Origin: Vicugna vicugna
Lineage: Eukaryota
NCBI GenBank assembly: GCA_013265495.1
Contig: MU058769.1
Location: 644,477 to 708,476, forward strand
Direction of reading: 5' to 3'
DNA: 64,000 nucleotides
Shown here: positions 52,303-64,000 of the stretch, one piece after another
Layout of the letters: every line of letters starts with the position of its first letter
Position numbering within the stretch: position 1 is the stretch's first letter
The notes under the pieces: generated by a model
What the model saw: the letters and a program-made list of their open reading frames with translations, nothing else
Told to the model about the DNA's origin: nothing
The model's database searches: none
Position numbers and translations under genes: made by a program

Positions 52303-52904
52303 AAGACATCCCCTTTTTGAGGCCCCTGCCGTTCTCCAGTAGGACCCAACGGAAGCCTCTGCTCTCTCTCTCCCTCTGCCCCCCACACCACTCGAGTAGG
52401 GGACTGTCTACTGGGGAAGGAGTTCAGACAGGGAGGGGTGATCCCTTCCCCAGTCCCCCACAGGCTGAGTGCTTCAGTGCAGTGTGAGCCACTCCCTTCT
52501 GGCAGAGGCTTATGTCCCAGGCTCTGCTCCCCTCCTCCCTGTGTACATACTCCCAGTCTCCCCGCCCCCTCCATTGCCCTTGGCTTCTTCTGGTATGTGC
52601 TGTGCTCCAGTGACTAAGCTGAGAAAGGACCTGGGTGGGGAGGGGAGGGTCTCTTGAACCCCCCACCCTCACATACTACCCCACTGTAGAACTTCCGTGC
52701 GGAGGGAGGGGGAATCCGGCTGCTGGGAGCCCCCTTGGAGCCGGCCGCGTGTGTTCTTCCGAAACAATTCGCCTTCTACCTTAACCTTGCCCTTCCTCTC
52801 CTGTGTCTCTGTCTCTGTCAGTCTTTCTCTCGCTCTTCTCTGCCCCCTATAAGGAGCCTCCTTACCCTGTTCTGGAATCGCCGCCAGACTGTAGCTTTTA
52901 ATTT

Positions 52905-52916
52905 AATAAAAATAAA
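52905..52916 (+). terminator. DTX3 tandem polyadenylation signals
   Basis: AATAAAAATAAA. Confidence 0.8.
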
Positions 52917-53342
52917 GTAAAATATGCAACTCTCTATGCCACACCCGTTCTGTTTCGTGGATCGGAGAGGGGGTGGGGTGGGGAGCCAGACCTGCTGAGA
53001 AGGGGAAGGGGGCTGTGTTCGGGAACTCTCTGTGGGCCTCCTCAGTCTCTTTGGGAAAACGGCATATACTTGGTGGGCCCCAGGATGACACTGCAAAGCC
53101 CTGGATCGTGCTTCGACGTTGGAGTAAGGATTAAGAGGGGTTTGTTTGCTGTTGAACTACGGGTTGTAGAGAAAGGAACAACCCTACCACTTTTGAAAAG
53201 TTTGGCTGGGGTGGGAGTAGGGGCGGAGCCGGGCAGGGGGCGGGTTCGGCGCGGGCAACTCCCCGGACGCGCGCAGGCCTCAGAGCCCCCCAGCTTCCGT
53301 GCCCCCTCGGCTCTGAAACTTGGAGGAGGGTAGGGGTCCAGC

Positions 53343-53441
53343 ATGAAGCCCCCGGACCGCCCCGCCCCTGGCCGCACGGACCGGATGCTGGAGGTCATGG
53401 GGGGCATGCTGCGAGCATGTGCCCTACCCGGGCCGGAGGGG
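53343..53441 (+). CDS. ARHGEF25: ARHGEF25 upstream-isoform exon 1a
   Basis: MKPPDRPAPGRTDRMLEVMGGMLRACALPGPEG|gtaag; resembles recalled long-isoform N-terminus. Confidence 0.8.
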
Positions 53442-53714
53442 GTAAGAAAGGGGGGCCACCGTGGTGTCTGGGATCTTTAGGGGCCTTCATGATGGCTGCA
53501 CCCCAGAACTCAGTTTACCCGCAAACAAGAATTCTTGGGGCAGTCGTAGGAATCCGAGAGTTCCACTAAGAGGACCATAGGCACGAACTTCCTCCACCCT
53601 AGCCTTGGCGACCCTTTTATAACGAAGTGGATTTTGACAGGAGGGAGGAGGGGAAGCAGGAGGTCAGGTCTGGGAGTGGAGAGCGGGTTTCTTACGATCA
53701 TTCTATCCCTGCAG

Positions 53715-53829
53715 CCCCCGAAGAGAAGCCCCCTAGGGCCGGGGGATACCGATTCAGAGTCTAACTGTAAGGAGGGGGATGTGAGAGGTGAGCGCGAACG
53801 TGAGGTCCCCGCCTGGGCTCCGCTGCCCG
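53715..53829 (+). CDS. ARHGEF25: ARHGEF25 upstream-isoform exon 1b
   Basis: PPKRSPLGPGDTDSES...WAPLP-G|gtaag; phase 1, compatible with the exon at 56093. Confidence 0.8.
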
Positions 53830-55055
53830 GTAAGCTGAGAGTAGGGTGGGGCGGGGCACAGTTTGCCATCCTGCGCAAAGTGGCGGATTCAAAAATACGC
53901 TGCTCTTACTAGCATAAATGTTCGCATCTAATTTGCATGAGACCCATTTAAACGCTGAGCTCTCCACGCTTCTTGGCGCCCTCCAGTCCGCTGTGTGTCC
54001 CCCCACTTCAGTGGGTCCCGAGCCCCTGCTGGTGGACTGTCCCCGCGCCCCACCCCTGGCCCCTCGCCAGAGCAGGCTCCAGGACTTCGCCTTAATTGGT
54101 GATTAGCCTCAGCTGGAGTCCCGGGGCCTAGACGGAAGAAGGGTCCGGCGAGGGGGCGGCACCTGGGCTGTGTTCCCCACAAAGAGCTCCCCATTCACGC
54201 ACCCCCTTCTGGGGAGCCTTGTCCATCCATGCGCGGCTAGGGACAGTCCCAACCCCAGGACATCTTCGCGCAGGCCAAGGCCCCATCCGCCGCGCCCTTC
54301 TCCACCGCAGAGGCGAGGGGAGACCCGAGAAGACCCTGCCGCCGGGCTTAACCCCCACCCCAGCGCTCCTCAGCCAGAGCCCGAGATGCGGGAGGGAGGG
54401 GAACCCGGGGCGAGTGAGCCCAGGCTGGAGAGGAGGGGCGGAGGCGCTGGGGACGTGGAGTGGGAACGCCGTGGTGCCTGGGGGAGGGGGGATTGGGGCG
54501 GGAACCCCGCACAGGCTCAAGAGGGAACGGGAGGTAGAGGGCGGAGCCGGGCCGCGGAGGCCCCTCCCCTCGGCGGCCGGGCGGCGGGGCCTGTTATTCA
54601 GCTCGCAGCTCGGCCGGGACCCGCGCAGCGCCAGTGACTCGGGGAGTCGGCCCCCGCCTCCTCCCCTCCCCGGACCTAGAACCACCCCCAACCTGAGAGG
54701 CCGGAGACGGAGCCGGAGCGGCTGCCGCAACCCGGCCCAGCCTCCTCCACCATCCCTCCCCTCCCTGCTGGACATCTGGACCCTGGGCCCCGCACCGACT
54801 GGGTTCCGGAAACCCTCCCCGCCTAGCTCGGCGGCCAGGCCCCGCGCCGCCCTTTCTGCAAAGCCCCCAGCCCTCCCCAGACCAGACTTCTGCCTCCCCC
54901 TGGACCCCTCTTCCCTGTTCCCTCCCTCCCCCCCTTCCCCAGCCTGGAGCGGGGTAGGAGGGGGGGGTGTGCGCCCTGCGCCGTCCCCGCCCCGCCCCCC
55001 GTGATTCCCCCTGCATGGCCGGCTCGGGTGGGGGGTGCGGGGGGGCCCGGGCGCC

Positions 55056-55152
55056 ATGCGGGGGGGGCAAAAGGGGAGTCGCTGTGCCTGTCCCCATGTG
55101 ATCCGAAAAGTGCTGGCAAAATGCGGCTGCTGCTTCGCCCGGGGGGGACGTG
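55056..55152 (+). CDS. ARHGEF25: ARHGEF25 exon 1
   Basis: [20 protein letters not shown]...RGGR|gtgagt. Confidence 0.94.
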
Positions 55153-58100
55153 GTGAGTGCGAGGCTGCGAGGGCCCAGTGTTGAGTGGGGGGCGGGCTGA
55201 TGGTTCAGGACGTCTGTTTGCCCTGGCCCTAGGGATTTAGAGGCTGGCGACTATACTTGTGTTTTCCAGGAAAGTGACTTAATAGATGATCTCTAAAATC
55301 CATTCTGCCTCCACGTCTATCAGTTCAAGTTAAGGAAATTGGGGAAGGGGCAGGGGACTCCTCTTCCCCATAGTCAACTGGGTATGAGAAAAACCCACCC
55401 ACAATCCCTGTAGGCCTACAACCACATCTTCCCTCAAATCCTTTTGCTGAGCATCTACTTCAGATCTGCAGAGGGACAGGGGGAAGGAGGAATGAGGAAC
55501 GAGGGGGTCTACCAGGGGCCTTATCACAGATTGCATCTGCTGTCTCTGAGTCCAGGCCAAGGACAGCCCTGATGAGCTCTCCTCATTTGCCCCGTGTTGG
55601 ATTTTTGCATGTGTTGGGGAGGTGGGCTGCAGAAATCTTTTCTTTTTATAGTGATTACTGCAATGGGTGGAGGAAGGGTCTGGGGGTGGCAGATGGGCTC
55701 TTAGCTCTTGCTCTCCCCCCATTCTCAGAGAATGGTCTGTACCCACTGGAAAGGGGAGGGTTGTAGGAGAGCAGATGGCCACCCCCAGCTTCCAGTGTCT
55801 GCCCAGATGGCTACCCCCACCCCCATGTTGGTGCCATGCTCAGGGTATGGGGGAACCTCCACATGTAACTGGGGGTTCCAGGCCTGGGGAGCCAGGTGTT
55901 TACTGTCCTTCCTCCCAAGGGTGCCCTGGTGAAATTTTCTCTCCTGGCCAACTCAAATGAGAATGGCAAGAGAGTGAGCCTTGGAGTGGGGCTGAGCATC
56001 ACAGAGTAGAGACTTGGGGAGCTCCCCAGGGACCCTGAATCTGGAGCTGAAGCAATATCTATCACCCCCTTTCTCCCTCACTCCCACACTAGAATCCTAT
56101 TCCATTGCTGGCAGTGAGGGGAGCATCTCGGCTTCAGCTGCCTCGGGTCTGGCTGCCCCCTCTGGCCCCAGCTCTGGCCTCAGCTCTGGCCCCTGTTCCC
56201 CGGGCCCCCCAGGGCCAGTCAGTGGCCTGAGAAGATGGTTGGATCATTCCAAACATTGTTTCAGTGTGGAAACTGAGGCGGACCGCGGCCGGGCTGGACT
56301 GTATGAGGTGAGCAGGGAGCACCACAGAAGCATGAAGGACATCTATGAAGGACACTGGGAGAGAGGGCAGGTTGGGGGCCCCTGTCATTGGGGAGATCCT
56401 GCTACTGTCCCTGATCTTTGAGACTTCACTTCTGGTCCCCAGAACTGGATGCTGGAACCAGCTCTAGCTGCAGGAGAGGAGCTGCCAGAACTGACCTTGC
56501 TGACCACATTGTTGGGGGGCCCTGGGGATAAGACGCAGGTATGAAGAAATGAGTCTAGGGTGGCTCCCCTCACCCAGAGGCATCCATCTGCTTACTCTAG
56601 GATGTTCTTCCTTCCAGCCACCTGAAGAGGAGACTTTGTCCCAAGCTCCTGAGAGTGAGGAAGAACAGAAGAAGAAGGCTCTGGAAAGGAGTATGTAAGT
56701 GTACCCACACTTTCCCTCCCCGACTCCCCTAATCACACCACTTCCAGAGGATTGTTCTTCACATTTTAGATTTGAGACTTGGAATGTCCTCTAAGGTTGT
56801 CTGTGGTAATGAAGGGGCTTCTAGTCCAGGAGGGAGGAAGTGGCTCAAGCAGTTGTTCTCACCCCAGGTATGTCCTGAGTGAGCTGGTAGAGACAGAGAA
56901 AATGTACGTGGACGACTTGGGGCAGATTGTGGAGGTAGCTCCCTTTCCCTCTCCCAGACCTGATTTTAGGAGATGCCTTGGTGCTCCGCTGTCCCACCTT
57001 CCCAGTCTCCCCTACATCCTGGACTTCTTGGGGAGGAGGGTTTCCCACCAGGGCTGAACCCACACACCTGTGCTCCCACTCAAACTTTCCACAGGGTTAC
57101 ATGGCCACCATGGCTGCTCAGGGGGTCCCCGAGAGCCTTCGGGGCCGTGACAGGATTGTGTTTGGGAACATCCAGCAAATCTACGAGTGGCATCGAGAGT
57201 GAGTGGTGGACCCTGAGAGTGAGGGGGAGGGGCGCACGTCTGGTGGTCTCTGTATCCTACCCATGGGTCCCCTGCTGCCTGAGGAATGTTTGGGAAGGCT
57301 TCGCAGGGAGCACTACTAGGGCAGACAGCTCTGAATTGTTTGGGGTGGGGGTAATTGACCTGCCTTCCCCCCACCCTGCCCCACCTCTCCAGCTATTTCC
57401 TGCAGGAGTTACAGCAGTGTTTGAAGGACCCTGATTGGCTGGCTCAGCTATTCATCAAACATGTGAGGCTAGAGAGAGTGGGACCCAGGAAGGGAGGGGC
57501 TTTTGAGTGGGTCACGGAGCCCTAAAGAAGTGCCCTCTCTCCTCACACATCTACTCTTTCTTAAATTTTACTCCCGTAGGAGCGCCGGCTGCATATGTAC
57601 GTGGTGTACTGTCAGAATAAGCCCAAGTCAGAGCATGTGGTGTCAGAATTTGGGGACAGCTACTTTGAGGTCAGTGGCTGAGACACGTTGGGGGAAGGGG
57701 AACAGAATCATCAGCATGAACAGGCTTCCCAAGCTGCAAAGCCACCCTGTCTGTCCCTATCCCCAGGAGCTCCGGCAGCAGCTGGGGCACCGCCTGCAGC
57801 TCAATGACCTCCTCATCAAGCCAGTGCAGAGGATCATGAAGTACCAGCTGCTGCTCAAGGTCAGGACCACCTGTTCCCTGGGGGCACAGCTGGCGGGGAT
57901 GGCCATTTCCTCCCTCACCTCCCCAGGGTTCCTAAGGCTACCCCCAAGACTTCCTGGGGGTCCTCACCTGTGTTCCCAGGGGAGGGTGTGAGAGCTTTTG
58001 AGGATGTCCTCGTGACCCCCCTGAGCATTTCTTTTCTATGTCATAGGATTTTCTCAAGTATTATAGCAGAGCTGGGATGGATACTGAAGAGCTAGAGGTG

Positions 58101-59994
58101 AGGACCCCCAGGTCTCATAAACACACCATGCACACTTTATCTGCTTAGTCTGCTGGGTTCTGCCCGCTCCTTGGGTGGTGTGGAGCTGTCTGGTTTTTAG
58201 GGGGAGGCTGGTTGGGGGTCGAAACATGGTCCGAAGGGGTCTCTTTCCCAACAATGACAATGATCCTCTCTTTACCTGTGTCCCAGCAAGCCGTGGAGGT
58301 CATGTGCTTCGTACCCAAGCGCTGCAATGACATGATGACCCTGGGGAGACTGCGGGGGTTTGAGGTACAGGGAAGGAGCAAGGCTTTTCTGGCCCAAGCT
58401 GAGCACTCAGGTGGTTCTGATGGGGAGCTGTCCTCTTCTGGGGCTGACCCCATGGTTGGTTGGAAGTGTCAGGGGAAGGAGGGAAGAGCAGAGAGTTGCC
58501 CCCTTTCTCTTCTTGTTTTCCTCAAAGGCCACTCTCCTTTGATTTTAGGGCAAACTGACTGCTCAAGGGAAGCTCTTGGGCCAGGACACATTCTGGGTCA
58601 CGGAACCCGAGGCTGGGGGTCTGCTCTCTTCCCGGGGTCGAGAGAGGCGCGTCTTCCTCTTTGAGCAAATCGTCATCTTCAGTGAGGCCCTGGGAGGAGG
58701 AGCGCGAGGTGGAACGCAGCCTGGATATGTGTACAAAAGCAGCATCAAGGTGGGGAGGGGGCCCCGAGGGTGGGGTCTGACTGGGAGTGGGGAGGCCTCT
58801 GAGACAATGTCTGGCTCTTGGATTTGTTGGACGGGGGATGAGCCAGAGAGGGCCTGAAGAATCTGGGGGCTACCTCCTATTTGCCAATCCAGGTGAGCTG
58901 CCTGGGACTGGAGGGGAACCTCCAAGGTGACCCTTGCCGCTTTGCACTGACCTCCAGAGGGCCAGAGGGTGGGATCCAGCGCTATATCCTGCAGACTGCA
59001 GACCCTGCGGTCAGTCAGGCCTGGATCAAGCAAGTGGCTCAGATCCTGGAAAGCCAGCGGGACTTTCTCAACGGTGAAATTCTTGCCCTTCCTCCCCAAC
59101 ATACTCCCTCAGCCCTTTGATCTCCTGAATCCCTCACTGCCCGATCTCCAAAAATCCCTGCCCCCTGCCCCCAGCATCTCTTTGTCCCTCATCCCCACTT
59201 TTCTACTACTTGCTCAAGATTTAGTAACTCAGAACCCCCTAAAGCCCCAAGCAACTTATGTTGGCTGACAGTCCTCGGGAGGGAGAGCAGAGAGGGAGGA
59301 TGGCCTGAGCAGAGCCCCTGGGAAGGGATGTGTCTGTTGTAATCCTCCTTCTGTTCCTCTCTTCGCCCAGCATTGCAGTCACCTATTGAGTACCAGAGAC
59401 GGGAGAGCCAGACCAACAGCCTGGGGCGGCCAGGAGGCCCTTGGGTGGGGAGCCCTGGGAGAATTCGGCCTGGAGACCAGGCCCAGGTCAGCACACGCAC
59501 ACCCATCAATGGCTCTCTCCCCTCTCTGCTGATGTTGCCCAAAGGGGAAGTGGCCAGAGCCCCCCTGCCCCTGGACACACAGGTATGAGGAATGGAGTTC
59601 GCAGGTTGTAGGGGCAGAACGAGGAGGGCCTCTCTTGTTCTGGGATCCCCAGACCTCTTTCCCCCATATCGTTCCTTCTTCCACCACCTTCCTTTTGTCT
59701 GCCCCTTCCTCCTTCCTATCTCTTGCCCTCCTGCACTCCAGTTTAATGCTAGGAGAAGCTGATGGTCTCAGATAATCTAAGATGTCTGACAAGAGGGGCT
59801 TGGCAAGGGGCTTATACTGACAAGAGAGGAGTGAGGGTGGATTCCTGAACTTTTTTGATCCTCTGACTTGAGTCTTTCTTCAGGCCCTCAGTGACATCCC
59901 TCAGGCTCCTCAGGACTCTCCTCCAGTGCCACCAATTCCAAACACCTCTCCCTGCCAAGCCAGACTTGCCAAGCTGGATGAAGATGAGCTGTAA
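55056..59994 (+). CDS. ARHGEF25: Rho guanine nucleotide exchange factor 25 (p63RhoGEF/GEFT), 15 exons, 1743 nt / 580 aa
   Basis: Cys-rich [33 protein letters not shown] domain ([29 protein letters not shown]); PH domain with FLNALQSPI; ends LDEDEL*; exons sum in frame. Confidence 0.98.
56093..56307 (+). CDS. ARHGEF25: ARHGEF25 exon 2
   Basis: [18 protein letters not shown]...AGLYE. Confidence 0.95.
56443..56538 (+). CDS. ARHGEF25: ARHGEF25 exon 3
   Basis: [32 protein letters not shown]. Confidence 0.95.
56618..56694 (+). CDS. ARHGEF25: ARHGEF25 exon 4
   Basis: [25 protein letters not shown]. Confidence 0.95.
56868..56934 (+). CDS. ARHGEF25: ARHGEF25 exon 5
   Basis: [22 protein letters not shown]. 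Confidence 0.96.
57095..57198 (+). CDS. ARHGEF25: ARHGEF25 exon 6
   Basis: [34 protein letters not shown]. Confidence 0.96.
57393..57462 (+). CDS. ARHGEF25: ARHGEF25 exon 7
   Basis: [23 protein letters not shown]. Confidence 0.96.
57580..57669 (+). CDS. ARHGEF25: ARHGEF25 exon 8
   Basis: [30 protein letters not shown]. Confidence 0.96.
57767..57859 (+). CDS. ARHGEF25: ARHGEF25 exon 9
   Basis: [31 protein letters not shown]. Confidence 0.96.
58047..58097 (+). CDS. ARHGEF25: ARHGEF25 exon 10
   Basis: [17 protein letters not shown]. Confidence 0.95.
58287..58364 (+). CDS. ARHGEF25: ARHGEF25 exon 11
   Basis: [26 protein letters not shown]. Confidence 0.96.
58549..58749 (+). CDS. ARHGEF25: ARHGEF25 exon 12
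   Basis: [19 protein letters not shown]...YKSSIK. Confidence 0.96.
58893..59073 (+). CDS. ARHGEF25: ARHGEF25 exon 13
   Basis: [19 protein letters not shown]...QRDFLN. Confidence 0.96.
59371..59582 (+). CDS. ARHGEF25: ARHGEF25 exon 14
   Basis: [16 protein letters not shown]...LPLDTQ. Confidence 0.95.
59884..59994 (+). CDS. ARHGEF25: ARHGEF25 exon 15 coding part
   Basis: [14 protein letters not shown]...LAKLDEDEL*. Confidence 0.95.
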   Translation, partial: ALSDIPQAPQDSPPVPPIPNTSPCQARLAKLDEDEL

Positions 59995-60325
59995 CTGGGA
60001 AAGGCCATAGGGGTGGTGCTGACTGAGCCACCCTGCTTCCCCAGGAACTTAAGGGCAACCCTTCTGGCATGGCCCCAGAATTCCTCCCTCTTGGTGTGTC
60101 TGGAGGGTGGGCAAGGCTGGGAGTGGTGTCAACTGGGAGGAGGGTACCTAGACTTAAAAGGACTTCTTTCTGCCCAAGGAACATAGGTTCCTTCAGTTCC
60201 CACCCCTTTGCATGCATCACAGGTCCCCAGCACAGGGACATATGTGGGTGGGTGGGAGGGCTGGGGCAAGGGCCAGATAGAAATTATTGGTTTTGTTTTT
60301 GATTTTGTTTTTTCTGTTTTCTGAG

Positions 60326-60331
60326 AATAAA
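60326..60331 (+). terminator. ARHGEF25 polyadenylation signal
   Basis: AATAAA after a U-rich tract. Confidence 0.75.
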
Positions 60332-62066
60332 GGTTTTGTCATATCACCAAGGCTGCTGTCTTGGCAGAGGGCAGGGGAGGCAGAGGTAGGGCTGAGCTGG
60401 GAGAAGGGGTGTGGAAGAGATCAGCTGGCCCCACAAATCAATTGTCTGAGGAGGGGTCTTGTGATAGGAGAAGGGCTCAGTATGTAAGACAAAAGATGTT
60501 GTCATCTTTGTCGCTTACCTGCAGTTGCAGCATCTCAGTCCAGTCCTGGAGCTTGGGGCCACTGGGAAGCCCTAGAACCCTGATATATCCTCCCCTTTGC
60601 CCAGCCCTTCTTTCCCTCCCATCTAGCCTCCATTCTAGACCCACTGGAAAGCCCACTCTGGGGTGACCTCCCGCCATTCCCCCCGACACCCAGATTCTGA
60701 AGGACCAAGAGCTCAATGTACCTTTCCTTCTGAGGCTTCCATGTCCAGCTGAGGGAACTCGGGGAGGTGGAGAGGATGCTGGGCGCTATGGCTCCTTCTG
60801 GCTCTGGGTCTCCTTATTTTTGCTGTCTGGGAGGTTGTAGGGCATATCCATACTGAGCAGGAAGGGATTCTTCTTCAAGCCACAGACCCAAGAGTGGAGA
60901 GCCCAGAGGGGTCTTCACCCCTCCCAGGGACAGAGAGAGCCAAACGTGCAGAGATGCATGTCCAGATGCCCTGTCCTGGGTCCTTGGGCATCGGTGTGTC
61001 CACTGTGTCCATTCGTCCCCTGGGCCCAGTCACGTGTACTTGAGCTTCCTCAGCAGACAATAGACTGCTGGGGTGGGGGGACAAGGAGGAGCTGGAGCCT
61101 CCCTGTGGGCCTGAGGTCTCTCTGGCCACAATGAGGGGAGGGACCTCTAAGGGGGGGACAGGACGTACAGCCCAGATAAGACTTCTGGGGAACAATAGGA
61201 GGAATTGAAGAGGGGAGATCCACCCTCAATGTACCCCACCCCCAGAGCTTTGGGGTCAGGGACTGGGACTGGAGGGTGATTGGGAGGGGTGCTAAGGATT
61301 CTTGCGAATGGAGGAGGGGATGAGGAAAATAGGATTTGGAGCTCAGAACCTTTGTATCTCTTTAGGGACCACAGGGGTACATGAGATAGGTGGGTGACCT
61401 TTTGTACTTAATTTGACCACCAAGTGTTATTGAGTGCCTACAATGTGAATAGCACTGGAATGTAATAAATAGTGGTGCACTGGTTTTTGCTTCTGAGAAA
61501 TAAAATTCCCTATCTGTTCAGTATTCCCCCTGAGGCCCTGAACTGGGGATTTAGACCCAGCCACTCCCAGCAGAGGTGTGGGGTGGTGGTTCTCTGTCCA
61601 TCCCTAGCCAATATGTGGAGCTGCTTCCCATCTAGGTAGTTTGTGAAACTGCTGAGGCCAATGCAGCAGCCCTCAGAGTGACCAGTAACCCTAGAGGAGT
61701 CTCTCCCCAAAGTGCAGATGTGGAAAGGAACTGGGAGTGAGGAGGTGGGATTCAAAAGACAGGAGTGGCAAACAGTGGGTGTCGGGGTGCGCTTGTCTTC
61801 TGGCCTATTTCTCTGGCTCCTACACCTTTTCACAGCCATCCCCCACAGGCTCCAGAGCAAGCGGTCCTGCCAAGGATGTCTGAGGAAACGCCTAACATAA
61901 GAGACATCCCCTCCCCAAGATGCAGCTGTCTCCTGACTGCAGAAGGTCCCCAAGAGAGGGCGCCCTCCAGGACAGGATTGGACCCTGCTTCTGGGAGGCG
62001 GGACTCGGGGCCAGCGCGCGGAGGGCTATTTAAGACTGGGCGGAGTTGGAGGTGGCCGAGAGCACA

Positions 62067-62409
62067 ATGAGTGGGCTCCTGGGCGCCAGGACCTGCCCAG
62101 GTCCGGGAGAGACCTCCGACCTTAAGTTCCCCCTGGGCGCCAAGTTCAGGGAACCGCTTACCGAGGCCCGGTTCCAGCAGCTCTTCGGGGACGCAGAGCA
62201 GGAGCCCGAGCCGCTGGCGGAGCCTCGCTGGTCCCGGCTGCGCGGGCTCTGGAGGCGGCGGGCCGGCGCCCGTTCCGGACCGGGGGCGTGGCGCCTGCTG
62301 CTGGCGCGGCTGCCCCCGCTGCGCTGGCTGCCCCGGTACCGCTGGCGGGCCTGGCTGCTGGGGGATGCGGTGGCCGGAGTGACCGTGGGCATCGTGCACG
62401 TGCCCCAGG
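62067..62409 (+). CDS. SLC26A10: SLC26A10 exon 1
   Basis: [11 protein letters not shown]...GIVHVPQ-G|gtgaga. Confidence 0.88.
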
Positions 62410-64000
62410 GTGAGAGGCCCCAATAGCAGCCTGTCAGGGGCCCAAGCTCTAGAGGGCTTTGGGTTGGCATGGGGCCTGGGACCTGGGACCGGGAGCGAAG
62501 GTGGGTTAGTGTGGCTGAGGGTTCGGCGACCCGGATCTGAGGCCAAGTTCTGGCCAAGGACTGTGGACCTCCGTCAGATCCCCACCCTCCAGCTCCCCTC
62601 ATCTGCGCAATCCTGCGAGAAGTCTTGGACACGTTCTGGCTCAGGGAACTGGAGAGAGGCCCGATGCCTGCCCCCCAGGACTCAGCCGACACGGATCTCT
62701 GAACTTGTTCGCCCCACGACCTCCCACCGAGGTCCCTTAACCCCTCAGTTCCCGCATGTGGCGTGATTTAGCGTCCCGGTGCCAGCCTCCCAGAGTGTGG
62801 GAAAGGAAGGGGGTCCTGGAGGCTGGGAACCCCCACACCCCCCCACCCCACACACTGAAAATCAATCATTTTTCCCATTACTCCCCCAGGCATGGCTTTT
62901 GCTCTCCTGACCTCCGTGCCCCCAGTATTTGGACTCTACACTTCTTTTTTCCCTGTCCTCATCTACACCTTGTTGGGTACTGGGAGACATCTGTCCACGG
63001 GTGAGTGACCCAGTGACTTCTCTCCTCTGTGGGGGTGAAATGAACAGGGGTTTCAGGCTTCCAGTTCTTATACTCTATCTCTTATTCCCCTCTTCACATC
63101 CCCCACCATCCTGTCCACCCCTTCCGCTACCCTGCTATGATCCTCTGACCTAGGCAATGCTTGCTGGAGGTGCTAAGTCGGTGCAAAGAGGCGGGAGTTT
63201 ACTCAGACTTTTCCTCCCCATGAAATTTGGCTAAAACGAATGTCCCTTAAGACTTGGAAGAGGGGAGAGAATATGCACTGTCACCCAAAGGAGCAAGCAG
63301 TCTGCAGGGCATGTGCAAGAGGGGGCTGATGCAGTTGGGGGCAGTTTTGCAGTGGGTGCTCCCTTCTTTCCTCACCAGGGGTTCTGGGCTTCTCTTGGTT
63401 CCATGGTCTTCACCTGAGCAGCAGCCTTCTAGGACAGGGGGCCTGATGGCAACATGGGGGGGGGCTGGGAGTTGCTGCGCCCAAGCAGCACAGCTGGCGA
63501 TTTCTGCGTTTGTCCCGGGGCCCTAGGAACTTTCGCGGTACTCAGCCTCATGACAGGCTCCGCCGTGGAGCGGCTGGTGCCCGAACCTCTCGAGGGGAAC
63601 TTGAGCGGAATCGAGAGGGAACAGTTGGATGCTCAGCGGGTTGGTGCCGCGGCGGCCGTGGCCTTCGGGAGCGGGGCACTGATGGTGAGGGAGGACCTTG
63701 GGGGAGGACTCTGGGGGATCCACGCTGGGGACCATGGAACTGGGCCAGGGGAGGAGGCGGCGGGGACAAGTCTCCAGCACCGGTCTGGGCGGGAGAGGTG
63801 CCCGGAGAAGCTGGCGCACTGCACTCTGGCTGGTCCGCTCCTCCTCCAGTGATGAGTGATGATGGCGCATCTTCTCTCCTGCAGCTGGGGATGTTCGCGC
63901 TGCAGCTCGGCATCCTGGCCACCTTTCTGTCGGAACCTGTGGTCAAAGCGCTGACCAGCGGGGCTGCCCTACACGTGCTCGTGTCCCAGCTGCCCAGCCT
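62067..64000 (+). CDS. SLC26A10: Solute carrier family 26 member 10, 5' part; join(62067..62409,62890..63000,63527..63684,63885..>64000)
   Basis: SLC26 signatures [78 protein letters not shown]; frame open across all four exons; TATTTAA just upstream. Confidence 0.92.
62890..63000 (+). CDS. SLC26A10: SLC26A10 exon 2
   Basis: [36 protein letters not shown]; 111 nt. Confidence 0.93.
63527..63684 (+). CDS. SLC26A10: SLC26A10 exon 3
   Basis: [19 protein letters not shown]...FGSGALM. Confidence 0.92.
63885..64000 (+). CDS. SLC26A10: SLC26A10 exon 4 (cut by window edge)
   Basis: [38 protein letters not shown]. Confidence 0.92.
   Translation, partial: MGMFALQLGILATFLSEPVVKALTSGAALHVLVSQLPS

Larger units (their letters stand above)
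53200..55200 (+). promoter_or_regulatory. ARHGEF25 CpG island covering two alternative promoters
   Basis: Very CpG/GC-rich; GC boxes at 53220-53245 and 54985-55000. Confidence 0.75.

Noticed and set aside
54128..55057. 309-aa (-) and 261-aa (+) ORFs in the ARHGEF25 CpG island
   Set aside because: Low-complexity GC-driven ORFs open on both strands; no coding signature
61830..62692. 238-aa and 220-aa ORFs antisense to SLC26A10 exon 1
   Set aside because: GC-rich shadow ORFs of a real exon
63849..63864. GTGATGAGTGATGATG resembling a snoRNA box C in SLC26A10 intron 3
   Set aside because: Only about 20 nt from the acceptor, with no room for a box D and terminal stem

Overview
Mammalian genomic DNA, probably camelid (inferred from a tRNA-derived SINE resembling Vic-1). 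It carries the conserved DCTN2-KIF5A-PIP4K2C-DTX3-ARHGEF25-SLC26A10 block. DCTN2 exons 1-2 are on the minus strand, head-to-head with KIF5A. Complete plus-strand genes, with exons resolved by hand at splice sites: KIF5A (28 coding exons, 1032 aa, plus a 3'UTR exon), PIP4K2C (10 exons, 421 aa), DTX3 (350/347 aa isoforms) and ARHGEF25 (580 aa plus an upstream alternative N-terminus). SLC26A10 has four open exons running off the right edge. The rest is CpG-island promoters, young SINEs and old MIR/L2/L1/MER53 fossils. I found no wholly new gene system. The most unusual signals are: a SINE that appears to have carried about 120 nt of L2 flank inside a perfect 17-bp TSD; a DTX3 start codon created by splicing; a GC-AG, in-frame, stop-free KIF5A intron; an open 39-aa tail from KIF5A exon-27 skipping; and an intact SLC26A10 5' region. 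Gene and repeat names come from recall of these families, not from database searches.
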